Shown in pieces: positions 37,242 to 46,823 of a DNA stretch of 49,976 bases. The DNA is from a virus (taxonomy: Duplodnaviria > Caudoviricetes), in the IMG/VR virus record IMGVR_UViG_3300032212_000016, positions 1-49,976 of that record. The stretch is one strand, 5' to 3'. Each line of letters opens with the position of its first letter. Positions within the stretch are counted from its first letter, which is position 1. The notes under the pieces were generated by a model. It had not been told where the DNA came from. It did not search any database and saw nothing but the letters and a program-made list of their open reading frames with translations. The translations under genes and the position numbers were made by a program.

Positions 37242-37415
37242 ATGAAGCGTCTATTTAAAGTTAGTCATAGGAATAAGAAAGTTCTTAAGAAAGCAGGTAT
37301 CCCTAGCTCTTTTCCCAATAAGCAGGAGGCTAAGAAGACTAGAGATGAGGCTGGTGGTATTAAGTCTGGATTCTTTGTTACTCTCGATGTAGATCATTGG
37401 AGATATAAATCATGA
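37242..37415 (+). CDS. Small basic early protein (57 aa)
   Basis: GGAGG RBS; ATGA overlap with the next gene. Confidence 0.6.
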   Translation: MKRLFKVSHRNKKVLKKAGIPSSFPNKQEAKKTRDEAGGIKSGFFVTLDVDHWRYKS

Positions 37416-38089
37416 AAGATTATATGTATTACTTCAGCAATTTAGATAAGAAGTTAAGGTATGGTGATGGACGAGTTATCCGTAAAGGATTAACCCATAA
37501 GGTAAAGGGAGATATTAAATTATGCAGTAATGGTTTACACGCCTCTAAAAAAATATTGGATGCATTACAGTACGCACCAGATTCTTACCTATGGTTAGTT
37601 AGTTTATCTGGTACTATTATACACGGTTATGATAAAAGTGTAGCATCTGAGAGGAAGTATTTGGTGGGTTTAGATTTATCTGATATTTTGTGGGAGTTTT
37701 CACGTAAACAAGCACTTATTAATATTGAAAAAATTAAACCACATACTGATCAATATGAAACTATAATTAAATACCTAAAGACTGGTTCAAGTCATTTAAG
37801 GTCTGCTGCTAGGTCTGCTGCTAGGTCTGCTGCTGAGTCTGCTGCTGAGTCTGCTGCTAGGTCTGCTAGGTCTGCTGAGTCTGCTGCTTGGTCTGCTGCT
37901 GAGTCTGCTGCTGAGTCTGCTGCTTGGTCTGCTAAGTATGCTGCTTGGTCTGCTGCTGAGTCTGCTGCTAGGTCTGCTGCTTGGTCTGCTGCTGAGTCTG
38001 CTGCTAGGTCTGCTGCTGAGTCTTCTGCTAATAAAATGTTAGAAGATATGGTAATAGAAGAGATGGAAAGAAGAGGAGTAAAATTATGA
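37412..38089 (+). CDS. Phage protein with C..GLHAS domain and SAA(R/E/W) repeat tract
   Basis: LCSNGLHAS...DALQYA; low-complexity C-terminal repeats. Confidence 0.75.
   Translation: MKDYMYYFSNLDKKLRYGDGRVIRKGLTHKVKGDIKLCSNGLHASKKILDALQYAPDSYLWLVSLSGTIIHGYDKSVASERKYLVGLDLSDILWEFSRKQALINIEKIKPHTDQYETIIKYLKTGSSHLRSAARSAARSAAESAAESAARSARSAESAAWSAAESAAESAAWSAKYAAWSAAESAARSAAWSAAESAARSAAESSANKMLEDMVIEEMERRGVKL
37799..38023 (+). repeat. Coding minisatellite, 12-bp unit TCTGCTGCT(AGG/GAG/TGG)
   Basis: Read directly. Confidence 0.9.
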
Positions 38090-38304
38090 CACCTAAGAGA
38101 ATCAAAAATAAAATAAGGCTAATGGATAAAACAAACCAGATGGTTATTCTTGGAGTAGGGGATAAATGGATGTATTCTACTATTAAACAGGTATGGAGAG
38201 AGAAGGGTACTGGACGTACTACTGGAAAATTGTTATCTACTAATTGTCCTGTTGAATTTGATCCGCACACTAACACATGGTCTGAGATTCAGAAAGCTGC
38301 ATAA
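38086..38304 (+). CDS. Hypothetical protein
   Basis: GAGGAG RBS; ATGA coupling. Confidence 0.65.
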   Translation: MTPKRIKNKIRLMDKTNQMVILGVGDKWMYSTIKQVWREKGTGRTTGKLLSTNCPVEFDPHTNTWSEIQKAA

Positions 38305-38330
38305 AATCTGTAGTCTAGACTACTATCATA

Positions 38331-38407
38331 AGCCCTATAGCTTAATTGGATAGAGCAACGGATTTCTACTCCGTAGGTTGGGGGTTCGACTCCCTCTAGG
38401 GCTACCA
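38331..38407 (+). tRNA. tRNA-Arg (anticodon TCT)
   Basis: Acceptor AGCCCTA/TAGGGCT, anticodon arm ACGGA-TTTCTAC-TCCGT, TTCGA loop, encoded CCA. Confidence 0.95.
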
Positions 38408-38437
38408 TTTTATTAATAGATATTAATTAGGTGAGTT

Positions 38438-39241
38438 ATGGCATATGTAAAATTTAAAGCTATTTCTAAAAAAGGTAAGGTATATTCTTCGGGATCCACC
38501 CCATGTTTTTCTGGATTACGTAACTTTAATTTGGGAGTTGGTATGCTAACTAAAGGAACATGGACTGATATTAACAAAGATCCTTTATATAAGATAAGAT
38601 ATAAACCCAATAACTCATCAGGATTAAGTGATAAAATACTTAACTTTTATTATGACTATCTTTATAACCATAATGGTTGGAGAGATTTAATCTATAATAA
38701 AAATATTTTAAGTATTGAAGAATCAGGAATTGATGCAAGGTGTGATGTTAACGGTTCTTTATTATTAGCTGTACTTTCTGCTTATAGGAATATAGACGAA
38801 TTACCAAAAATGGTTTCATCCTTCTATTATATGTGTAGTCTAGACTACGTTAATAATAAAGATATAGCCTTTTATATGTCTCATTTTGTTCATGTTACAA
38901 AAAATGGAACCATGTATCATTTACCATCTAGTGATAATTATAACACAAATCATCTTATGTTTAATTATTATAATCATTCTATATTAGATGGTATTAAATA
39001 TGCTTCTTCTTTTCCTTATACAGATAAAACAGAGTATCTTCCTAAATTTACAGAAGATTATGTATTTGGAGGTACGTATGAATACTTTAAATTCTCAGAA
39101 AGTGTAAAAGATTCTATTTATTATAAATTTAAGGGGATGTATAAATCTAATGATGATACTATTATCATTAAAAAGTTTAAAAAGTTAATTTTAAAAATGC
39201 AATTTGGAGTGGAGGATATTAAGAAATGTCAAAAAATCTAA
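38438..39241 (+). CDS. Hypothetical protein at the start of the amidoligase cluster
   Basis: 267-aa ORF with RBS. Confidence 0.7.
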   Translation: MAYVKFKAISKKGKVYSSGSTPCFSGLRNFNLGVGMLTKGTWTDINKDPLYKIRYKPNNSSGLSDKILNFYYDYLYNHNGWRDLIYNKNILSIEESGIDARCDVNGSLLLAVLSAYRNIDELPKMVSSFYYMCSLDYVNNKDIAFYMSHFVHVTKNGTMYHLPSSDNYNTNHLMFNYYNHSILDGIKYASSFPYTDKTEYLPKFTEDYVFGGTYEYFKFSESVKDSIYYKFKGMYKSNDDTIIIKKFKKLILKMQFGVEDIKKCQKI

Positions 39242-39906
39242 AGGGTAAAAAGGTAGTAAAAGATACTATTCTTATATTAGGGGCAGGTATATATGCACGT
39301 CCTTTTTATAAACACGGTAAGGTTATATTGGTTTCTGGTATTACCTCTCCTGATGAATATCCTTGGAATAAAATAAAAGGTGTGGTATTCACCGGAGGTG
39401 TGGATGTAGATCCTTCTTTATATAATGAGAAAATACATTCCAAAACACACTCTAATATACGTAGGGATAAATCTGAGAAACTTTTTTATAATAGATGTAA
39501 AGATTTAAAGATACCTACTGTTGGTATTTGTAGAGGTGCTCAGTTTTTAAATGTAATGAATGGTGGTAGGTTGATGCAGCATGTGTATAATCATGCTATA
39601 TCAGGAACACATACTATCATTACAGATAAGGATGAATCTGTTTTTGTTACAAGCACTCACCACCAGATGATGTATCCAAAAGGTAAATATCAATTATTAG
39701 CATGGGCTAATGGTTTATCCAATAAATATGAGACAGGAGGGGGGGTTATTTTTCCAAAATCAAACGGGGAAGTATTTAGAGAACCTGAGGTTGTTTATTT
39801 CCCTGATACAAAATCATTATCTGTTCAATTCCACCCCGAATATATGAAAGATGATTCTAGGGGATATTCTTATTTTCAAGATCTATTAAAGGAGTATTTT
39901 CTATGA
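39226..39906 (+). CDS. Class I glutamine amidotransferase / peptidase C26 (gamma-glutamyl hydrolase-like)
   Basis: FTGG.DVDP..Y, GICRGAQ, STHHQ and QFHPE motifs. Confidence 0.92.
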   Translation: MSKNLKGKKVVKDTILILGAGIYARPFYKHGKVILVSGITSPDEYPWNKIKGVVFTGGVDVDPSLYNEKIHSKTHSNIRRDKSEKLFYNRCKDLKIPTVGICRGAQFLNVMNGGRLMQHVYNHAISGTHTIITDKDESVFVTSTHHQMMYPKGKYQLLAWANGLSNKYETGGGVIFPKSNGEVFREPEVVYFPDTKSLSVQFHPEYMKDDSRGYSYFQDLLKEYFL

Positions 39907-40097
39907 GTATTTTTTTTATTTTAGTACAGGAACCTGTTGGAGTATCTCTAAAGGTGGGTGATACCAATCTTGTTGGTTCCATTACGACTGTTCTTACTTT
40001 TACAAAAGATGGGACAATAATAAGGAGACGTATGCCAGATAATGTTGATTATGGTTTAATCTTAGATGAAAATAGGAGGATTATAATTAATGATTAA
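39903..40097 (+). CDS. Hypothetical protein
   Basis: Coupled small ORF. Confidence 0.55.
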   Translation: MSIFFILVQEPVGVSLKVGDTNLVGSITTVLTFTKDGTIIRRRMPDNVDYGLILDENRRIIIND

Positions 40098-40275
40098 TGA
40101 AAAATTAAGATTGATTGATTATATGGGTGATATCTGTATCCGTTCTAAATCTGATAAAGATACTGATTATTGGTTATTAAAAATAACCCCTGAGGGAGAA
40201 CTTTATCTTTTCGACGGGTTAATACAGGAAAACACTAATTTTTTAATTGAAAATGAATGTATAGTTGTACTTTAG
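40090..40275 (+). CDS. Hypothetical protein
   Basis: Coupled small ORF. Confidence 0.55.
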   Translation: MINEKLRLIDYMGDICIRSKSDKDTDYWLLKITPEGELYLFDGLIQENTNFLIENECIVVL

Positions 40276-40299
40276 TCCAATCTTAATAGGAGAAAGAAC

Positions 40300-41091
40300 A
40301 TGACAAAATATGAAGATATAACAGTTGGTACAGACCCTGAAGTATTCCTTGAATCCAAAAAGTCTGGTATAATTAGTGCTATTGGGTTAGTTGGTGGTAC
40401 GAAAGAAAACCCAATTCCAGTAACTAAGGGTGCATTACAGGAAGATAATGTATTAGCAGAATTTAATATTGATCCAGCCCACTCTCCTAAAGAGTTTATT
40501 ACTAATATTAAAACTGTAATGTCTCAATTAGAAAATAAAGTAAATCCCCATAAACTAAGGGTACTATCATCACATAGGTTTACCCAATCAATGTTAGAAT
40601 CATTGGGTGAGAAAGCATTAACTTTTGGATGTGATCCAGATATAAACGCTTGGGATGGTGAAACTAATGAGAGTCCTTCAGCCTATACAACACTACGTAC
40701 AGCAGGAGGTCATGTACACGTAGGTTTTAAAGTTGATAAAGAAGATTCACAGACTAGATTTAATGTTATTAAACTAATGGATATATATTTGGGTATACCC
40801 TCTGTTTTATTGGATGGTGATACAGAGCGTAGGAGTATGTATGGTAAGGCTGGAGCATGTCGTATTAAGGAATATGGGGTTGAATATAGAACCTTATCTA
40901 ATTTTTGGTTGCAGTCTGAGAAACATATGAAGTGGGTATACTCTCAGAGTATTCGTGCTGTAAAGAATAAAGATTATGTAGATGAAATTATTGATCGTTA
41001 TAGTTCGGATGAAATACAGAATACTATTAATAATAGTGATGTTGAAAAGGCAGAAAGTATTGTATCTGACTTACAACTAGAATTAGTCTAG
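40300..41091 (+). CDS. phiEco32-like COOH-NH2 ligase type 2
   Basis: GTDPEVF, EDNVLAEFN, GCDPD, GGHVH, YGKAG and EYRTLSNFW motifs. Confidence 0.92.
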   Translation: MTKYEDITVGTDPEVFLESKKSGIISAIGLVGGTKENPIPVTKGALQEDNVLAEFNIDPAHSPKEFITNIKTVMSQLENKVNPHKLRVLSSHRFTQSMLESLGEKALTFGCDPDINAWDGETNESPSAYTTLRTAGGHVHVGFKVDKEDSQTRFNVIKLMDIYLGIPSVLLDGDTERRSMYGKAGACRIKEYGVEYRTLSNFWLQSEKHMKWVYSQSIRAVKNKDYVDEIIDRYSSDEIQNTINNSDVEKAESIVSDLQLELV

Positions 41092-41118
41092 ACTACTTTT
41101 ACATAGGAGAAGTTACTA

Positions 41119-41754
41119 ATGGTGGATCAAGTAAGATTCCTTAATCAAAGATTTAAGGATGTAATAATAGCTATTAAAAGAAAATCTAATATCGGAAAAG
41201 TTATACCTATACGTGTTCATAAGTTTTTAAATGATGATGAAGATGGTACTATTATTATACGTTATAATAATATAGGGAGTGATAACATTGTTGAAACTAC
41301 ATTTTATGAAGATGATTATATTTTAGATTGCCCAAAAGTAGGAATGGTTGGAATTGGTAAAAAAACTATGTACCTAAGACGTATTCCTGAAAGGCAATGG
41401 AAAAGGGGGTATAATTCATCAATTATACGTGGAGAAACTTTATGTAATAAGGAAAACATAGAGATGGGTCTTAATAGAGTTAATATTATGAATAATTCTA
41501 TTGTTGATGCTATATATAATCCAGACTACCCTAATTTTAATGAAGCATTAAACGATATGATTAAGGGTAAATTATTATCATTCCCTATCTCTCGTAAATT
41601 TGCTGTAGGGTTAAATTATGATGCTGCCTTTCCTGTTATTTATTATAAGGAATGGGTAGTTGGTTGGGTAGATGAAGGTACTATCATGCTCCCAGAGAAG
41701 ACACATCATTTATATGAAGAATTATCACAATATACTGAATGTCGGAGGGTATAA
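41119..41754 (+). CDS. Hypothetical protein of the amidoligase cluster
   Basis: R.PERQWKRG motif; AGGAG RBS. Confidence 0.7.
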   Translation: MVDQVRFLNQRFKDVIIAIKRKSNIGKVIPIRVHKFLNDDEDGTIIIRYNNIGSDNIVETTFYEDDYILDCPKVGMVGIGKKTMYLRRIPERQWKRGYNSSIIRGETLCNKENIEMGLNRVNIMNNSIVDAIYNPDYPNFNEALNDMIKGKLLSFPISRKFAVGLNYDAAFPVIYYKEWVVGWVDEGTIMLPEKTHHLYEELSQYTECRRV

Positions 41755-42866
41755 TGCGTAAAAATAACAAACGAATACATAGTTTAATGGGTGTACCAGC
41801 AGATCCTTGTGAGTATAAAGAAAGCCCCAAGTTAATTAGTAATACTCTAATAGGAATTGAGGTAGAATTAGAAAATGTTAGAGGTTTGGATTTTAATAAT
41901 GAATCGTTTAGAAAATACTGGAATATAGTAGAAGATGGTTCTTTAAGGGATGGTGGATTAGAGTTCGTATTATCTCGCCCTTTTGCAGGATCTGATTTAA
42001 TTAAAGCACTAAAGGAGTTTGATAAAACCATCTCTAAATATAAAGATCGGATTATTTTATCTGAACGTACCAGTGTACATGTTCATATTGATGTACGTAG
42101 TCTAGACTACAGCCAGTTACTTAAATTTGTATCATTGTATACAATATTTGAAGAGCCTTTGTTTAGATTAGCAGGTGGGGAAGATAGAAAGAATGGAATA
42201 TTTGCTACATCACTATCTAATGCAGAGGGATATATAAATCATTTAGGGTCAGAAGGAGACTCTCCTAGTGAGAGAAATGCTAAGGATATTATTTCAAACT
42301 TTTCTAAATACTCAGCATGTAATTTAGCAGCAGTAAGACAATATGGTTCTCTAGAGTTCCGTAATCATGAAGGAACATATGATACTGAACGTATCTTAAA
42401 GTGGGTAAATGTATTATTATTGCTTCGTAAAAATGCCATTGAAAATGAATTACCAATTCAAGAAATATTAGGAAATATATCAATTAATGGTGCTGAGAAA
42501 GTATTTAAAGATATTTTCTTAGAATATTCAGATGAAATGATGTATCCAGATTTAGAATTTGATATGTTTAATGGGTTACGTCTAGCACAAGATATTATCT
42601 ATTCTTCAAACCTCTATTCAGGTATTGATGTACCAAAAGCTAAATATCTTAAAGATACTTTATTTTCTAAATTTTATAAATCCCATAATAGGAAACGGTT
42701 TAAAGAGCGTTTTGAAAGATTTATAAAACATAATAACATTGAGGGTTCTAAACCTATACCCGATGATTTATTAGATTTAGATAGATTACATCGTATTCTT
42801 GAAGAACACAATCGTAATATTACGATTGAAGTAGATGATGATTTTGATAATCAAGTTATTCGTTAA
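41739..42866 (+). CDS. Putative amidoligase
   Basis: GIEVELE, DGSLR, EF, TSVHVHID, KY...NL and GSLEFR motifs. Confidence 0.9.
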   Translation: MSEGIMRKNNKRIHSLMGVPADPCEYKESPKLISNTLIGIEVELENVRGLDFNNESFRKYWNIVEDGSLRDGGLEFVLSRPFAGSDLIKALKEFDKTISKYKDRIILSERTSVHVHIDVRSLDYSQLLKFVSLYTIFEEPLFRLAGGEDRKNGIFATSLSNAEGYINHLGSEGDSPSERNAKDIISNFSKYSACNLAAVRQYGSLEFRNHEGTYDTERILKWVNVLLLLRKNAIENELPIQEILGNISINGAEKVFKDIFLEYSDEMMYPDLEFDMFNGLRLAQDIIYSSNLYSGIDVPKAKYLKDTLFSKFYKSHNRKRFKERFERFIKHNNIEGSKPIPDDLLDLDRLHRILEEHNRNITIEVDDDFDNQVIR

Positions 42867-42909
42867 TTAACTGGTAAAACTTACAAAACGTAAGTGAGGA
42901 GATGAGAAA

Positions 42910-44580
42910 ATTTGTGGAATAGTTGGTATGATAATTGATCAAAACACAAGAGATACTAAAAAATTCATATGGCAAGGTTTATATTTAGACGCTCTTCGTG
43001 GATTTGATGCTACTGGGTTGGCGACTGTAGATGTGAAAGGTGCTATAACTATTAATAAAAAAGCTATGCCATCTAATGATTTTTTACAATTAACCCCTGT
43101 TGATGATCAAATTGAGGGATGGAATAATCGTGTATTTATTGGGCATAATAGATTAGCGACTAAAGGTGCTGTGAATAATATTAATAGTCACCCTTTCCAA
43201 CATGACCATATAACAATGGTTCACAATGGATCATTAACCCACCTTAATAAACTTCCTGAGAATCATAGGTTTGATGTAGATAGTGATAACCTAGCACATA
43301 TGTTATCTACTATAGGAGTATATGAAACTCTAAAGATTATTCAGGGTGCCTTTGCCTTAGTTTGGTATGATGAGTTAGAGGAAAAAGTATTTATGGTACG
43401 TAATAATCAACGTCCTTTACATTATGCTACTGTTAAAGATAAAAATATTGTTATGTATGCCAGTGAAAAAATAATGTTAGAGTTCTTAATGAAACGTAAT
43501 GGTTTTACCCCAGAAGAGGTAAACCTGTTACCTGTTGGGAAGCTACTATCATTCGATCCAAAAAGTAAAGATATTAGTAAATACATATCAGAGGATGTTG
43601 AATTATATAAAGAACCAAATCAGTCAAATAACTGTTATGGAGGTACAAAGCGTAATAACGCTAATAGCTTTCAACAGGGAGGTTACGAAAAAGGAAAGGA
43701 AAATAGCTCGTCGAAAAAGAAGGAAGGAAAAGGAAAAGAGAAAACTAGCGGAGAAACTAGGATTGCTAACATAAACCGTATGTTTGAAGACGCTGGAATT
43801 AAAAAGGGAGATCGACTTAGTTGTTGTATGTATTCATTTACTAATTACAAAACTGGTAATACTGATCGTGGTATTTGGGAAGGAAGTACTATTGAAGAGC
43901 CTTATCTTACTGTTATGGCTTATGGGGCTACTGAGGCTGATTTTGAGGTAGGTGAAGTATACTCTATGGAGGCTTTAAGTATGCAGGTTACTAGAGTATC
44001 TAACTCTCCAATAGTTATTAAAGAAGAACGTGTTATTGTAGATGAACAATCTAAAATATTAGAAAATTATGAAAATGAATCTTCTGATAATAATAACTCT
44101 GAGGAATATGCAGAAACTTCTATTATTTTAGCGGGGGAAACAGAACACCCTACATTAGCAGAAGAAGTGGCGGCTTATAAAGAAGGTATTAGTCTTGTAG
44201 GTAAAACTCGTTCTGAGATAAAACGATCTATACAGGAAAGACGTGAAAAAAAGCCTATAATTGCACTTCCTTATAGTAATAAAGCTGATACAGGTAGTGA
44301 GGATCTAATATATCCTAACCCAGAAAATGATATATTAGATGAAACGGAGACTGGTAATGTTGACTTCGTTTATTTAGTAGGTCCTCGTGGTACAACCATC
44401 CCTAAACATGAGTTTGACTCTTTAACAAAACATGGGTGTTCTTCTTGTACTGGAAATATATTTCCAGAAGATGCAGAGTCTATGGAATGGTGGGGAAGTG
44501 ATAATACAAACCCTATATGCCCTTCATGTGTAGAAGAATTCTATAAACTAGCTGAACAAGATAAAGGACGGAGACATTAA
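42910..44580 (+). CDS. Class II (Ntn) glutamine amidotransferase with long C-terminal extension and Zn finger; probable ATT start
   Basis: (M)CGIVG from ATT 42910; RG.D.TG, GHNR.AT, NSHPF, HNG and DSD motifs; C-terminal CSSC...CPSC. Confidence 0.9.
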   Translation: MCGIVGMIIDQNTRDTKKFIWQGLYLDALRGFDATGLATVDVKGAITINKKAMPSNDFLQLTPVDDQIEGWNNRVFIGHNRLATKGAVNNINSHPFQHDHITMVHNGSLTHLNKLPENHRFDVDSDNLAHMLSTIGVYETLKIIQGAFALVWYDELEEKVFMVRNNQRPLHYATVKDKNIVMYASEKIMLEFLMKRNGFTPEEVNLLPVGKLLSFDPKSKDISKYISEDVELYKEPNQSNNCYGGTKRNNANSFQQGGYEKGKENSSSKKKEGKGKEKTSGETRIANINRMFEDAGIKKGDRLSCCMYSFTNYKTGNTDRGIWEGSTIEEPYLTVMAYGATEADFEVGEVYSMEALSMQVTRVSNSPIVIKEERVIVDEQSKILENYENESSDNNNSEEYAETSIILAGETEHPTLAEEVAAYKEGISLVGKTRSEIKRSIQERREKKPIIALPYSNKADTGSEDLIYPNPENDILDETETGNVDFVYLVGPRGTTIPKHEFDSLTKHGCSSCTGNIFPEDAESMEWWGSDNTNPICPSCVEEFYKLAEQDKGRRH

Positions 44581-44581
44581 T

Positions 44582-45433
44582 ATGGTACAAAAACAATATA
44601 GAATATTCCCTTATAAAATGGGGAGTAAAGGTGCGGGTAGATTAGCTGAAGGTTTACGTAATGAGGGGGAGAGGTGTTTTAAAGTATTCTCTGATAGGAA
44701 TTATAGACCTAGACAAACCCATAAAATCATTAATTGGGGGAATAGTTCTACTCCTCAATGGTTAATCGAATATGGTAATCGCTTTCCATTTTCTCAATTG
44801 GATGTGTTAAATTGGCCACAATATATTGCTAATGCAAGTAATAAGTTAATGGCATTCAATATTATGAGGGATGCAGGAGTCTCTATTCCTGAATTTACTA
44901 CTGATGAATCTATAGCACAACGATGGTATTTAGAAGGTATTAAAGTTGTAGGTCGATCAAAATTAAAAGGTCATAGTGGTGATGGTATCTATATTACTGA
45001 TGATTTAGATTACCCTCAAGGTGAGGGGGGTATGGATGTAATTATGATGAGAGAAGTGGTAGGTCATCAATTACCCTTATATGTTAAATATATTAAGAAG
45101 AGTGATGAATATCGTGTACATATAGTAAAGGGTACTATCATAGATGTTCAACAGAAAAAGAAACGTCAGGAGATTCCTAATGAAGAGGTTAACTACCAAG
45201 TACGTAATCACTCTAATGGGTGGGTTTACTGCCGAGATGGTGTGTTACCTCCTGAGAGTGTTTCTAGTGATGCTTTATCTGCTATGGATGCTCTTGGTCT
45301 TGATTTTGGAGCTGTTGATATTATTTGGAACAATCACTACAAGAAATCTTATGTTCTGGAGATAAATACAGCTCCGGGATTAACAGGCACAACATTAAAT
45401 AAATATATACATGCTTTTAAACAAGTAGTCTAG
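44582..45433 (+). CDS. ATP-grasp peptide ligase
   Basis: NWG, NK, GHSG.GI, EYRVH, LDFGAVD and LEINTAPG motifs. Confidence 0.9.
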   Translation: MVQKQYRIFPYKMGSKGAGRLAEGLRNEGERCFKVFSDRNYRPRQTHKIINWGNSSTPQWLIEYGNRFPFSQLDVLNWPQYIANASNKLMAFNIMRDAGVSIPEFTTDESIAQRWYLEGIKVVGRSKLKGHSGDGIYITDDLDYPQGEGGMDVIMMREVVGHQLPLYVKYIKKSDEYRVHIVKGTIIDVQQKKKRQEIPNEEVNYQVRNHSNGWVYCRDGVLPPESVSSDALSAMDALGLDFGAVDIIWNNHYKKSYVLEINTAPGLTGTTLNKYIHAFKQVV

Positions 45434-45463
45434 ACTACATTAATTATATAGGAGATTATCAGA

Positions 45464-45910
45464 ATGTCAGAATATCGTATTAAAACACCCTATGGTAATA
45501 TTAAATTCAGATGTGAACGGAATATGGGAAATTGTGGTATTTCAATTATTAAAGGAGTTAAATTCCATTTGGATATGGGACAAACTAAAGACGATTTATA
45601 TAAATATTTCCATGATGAAATTTTATTTGGTGATAAAGATATAAATAGTGACCCTAATATTGATGGGTGGAATTATACAAATATCCGTCGTAATAATGGG
45701 GATTGGGTAGTACATAAATTTATTTTATCAGACCGAACAAATCGTAATAGAGAAAAAACTAGTATATATGATTTTTGTAAACATGTAGAAGCATTAGAAG
45801 GAACTGTAGTGTTTAACCCTAATAGTGGCAACAATATTCAAGTATTTGAATTAGATAGACCACTAACACAAAAAGAAAAAGAAAGTATTGAACCTAGAGG
45901 AGTATATTAA
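45464..45910 (+). CDS. Hypothetical protein (paralog of 46020-46448)
   Basis: GNCGI, SD, IY..C and NPNSGN motifs. Confidence 0.7.
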   Translation: MSEYRIKTPYGNIKFRCERNMGNCGISIIKGVKFHLDMGQTKDDLYKYFHDEILFGDKDINSDPNIDGWNYTNIRRNNGDWVVHKFILSDRTNRNREKTSIYDFCKHVEALEGTVVFNPNSGNNIQVFELDRPLTQKEKESIEPRGVY

Positions 45911-45929
45911 ATACTTATTTATGTATATA

Positions 45930-45990
45930 AATCAATAACTTATAAATAATTGAATTATTTATTGAACTATTTATAAAAGCTGGTGTCAAA
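45930..45990 (+). promoter_or_regulatory. IHF-like site plus sigmaE-type promoter
   Basis: AATCAAtaacTTA (45930-45942); GAACTA-N16-TCAAA (45964-45990). Confidence 0.6.
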
Positions 45991-46019
45991 TATCCTATTA
46001 AATTTACAAGGAGATTAAT

Positions 46020-46448
46020 ATGCCTAGAACTAAATCTGAAACCCCCCAATTAAATGAAGGAGATAATTGGTCATTTAAAACTAAACATGGAGCTGTCAAA
46101 TACCTTAGTAGGGGATTATCAGGGTGTTGTGGTATAGGTGTAGTATTTAATGTAATATTTGGTAGATTATCCGATGATCATTCGGTGTTCTATAAAGAGT
46201 TTGAAAACCATCTAAAGACTATAGAGGATGATATTTTAAACCGAGGTGCTATAATGATGAGTGATGCTGTTGGAGGTGAGGAAGACAGAGAGTATCGGGG
46301 TATCCCCTGTATATACTCTATGTGTGAAACATTAGACTGGGATAAGAGTGAACCGGTATATAATCCACGTTCAGGTAATAATGTTGTTACGTTCATCATG
46401 GAGCGTAATGTATATGGTCTTGCTAATGAGTATCCATTAGAAGATTAA
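46020..46448 (+). CDS. Hypothetical protein (paralog of 45464-45910)
   Basis: GCCGI, SD, IY..C and NPRSGN motifs. Confidence 0.7.
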   Translation: MPRTKSETPQLNEGDNWSFKTKHGAVKYLSRGLSGCCGIGVVFNVIFGRLSDDHSVFYKEFENHLKTIEDDILNRGAIMMSDAVGGEEDREYRGIPCIYSMCETLDWDKSEPVYNPRSGNNVVTFIMERNVYGLANEYPLED

Positions 46449-46469
46449 TAATAGGAATAATAAAAAATA

Positions 46470-46823
46470 ATGAAAGATAAAATTAAAGTAATGGTTTATG
46501 GTTCCCTTAAGAGAGGGTTTGGTAATCATTCTTACCATTTAGGAAATAGTGAATATTTGGGAAAAGTAGAAACTCTCCCACAATATACTATGTTCTCTCT
46601 TGGTGGGTTTCCCGGTGTTATACCCAATGGTAAAACGTCTATACAAGGAGAGTTATATAATGTAACTGAAAGAGAACTACGTACCCTTGATCGTTTAGAG
46701 GGTAATGGGAGTTTTTATACTCGTGAGGTAATTGAGACTAGCGAGGGTGAAGCTTGGATATATTTACTACCAGAAGATAAATATAATCATTATGAAGCAA
46801 TTGAAGATGGGGTATGGGTATAG
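46470..46823 (+). CDS. Gamma-glutamylcyclotransferase (AIG2-like)
   Basis: VYGSLKRGF.NH, GELY, LDRLEG and AWIY motifs. Confidence 0.92.
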   Translation: MKDKIKVMVYGSLKRGFGNHSYHLGNSEYLGKVETLPQYTMFSLGGFPGVIPNGKTSIQGELYNVTERELRTLDRLEGNGSFYTREVIETSEGEAWIYLLPEDKYNHYEAIEDGVWV

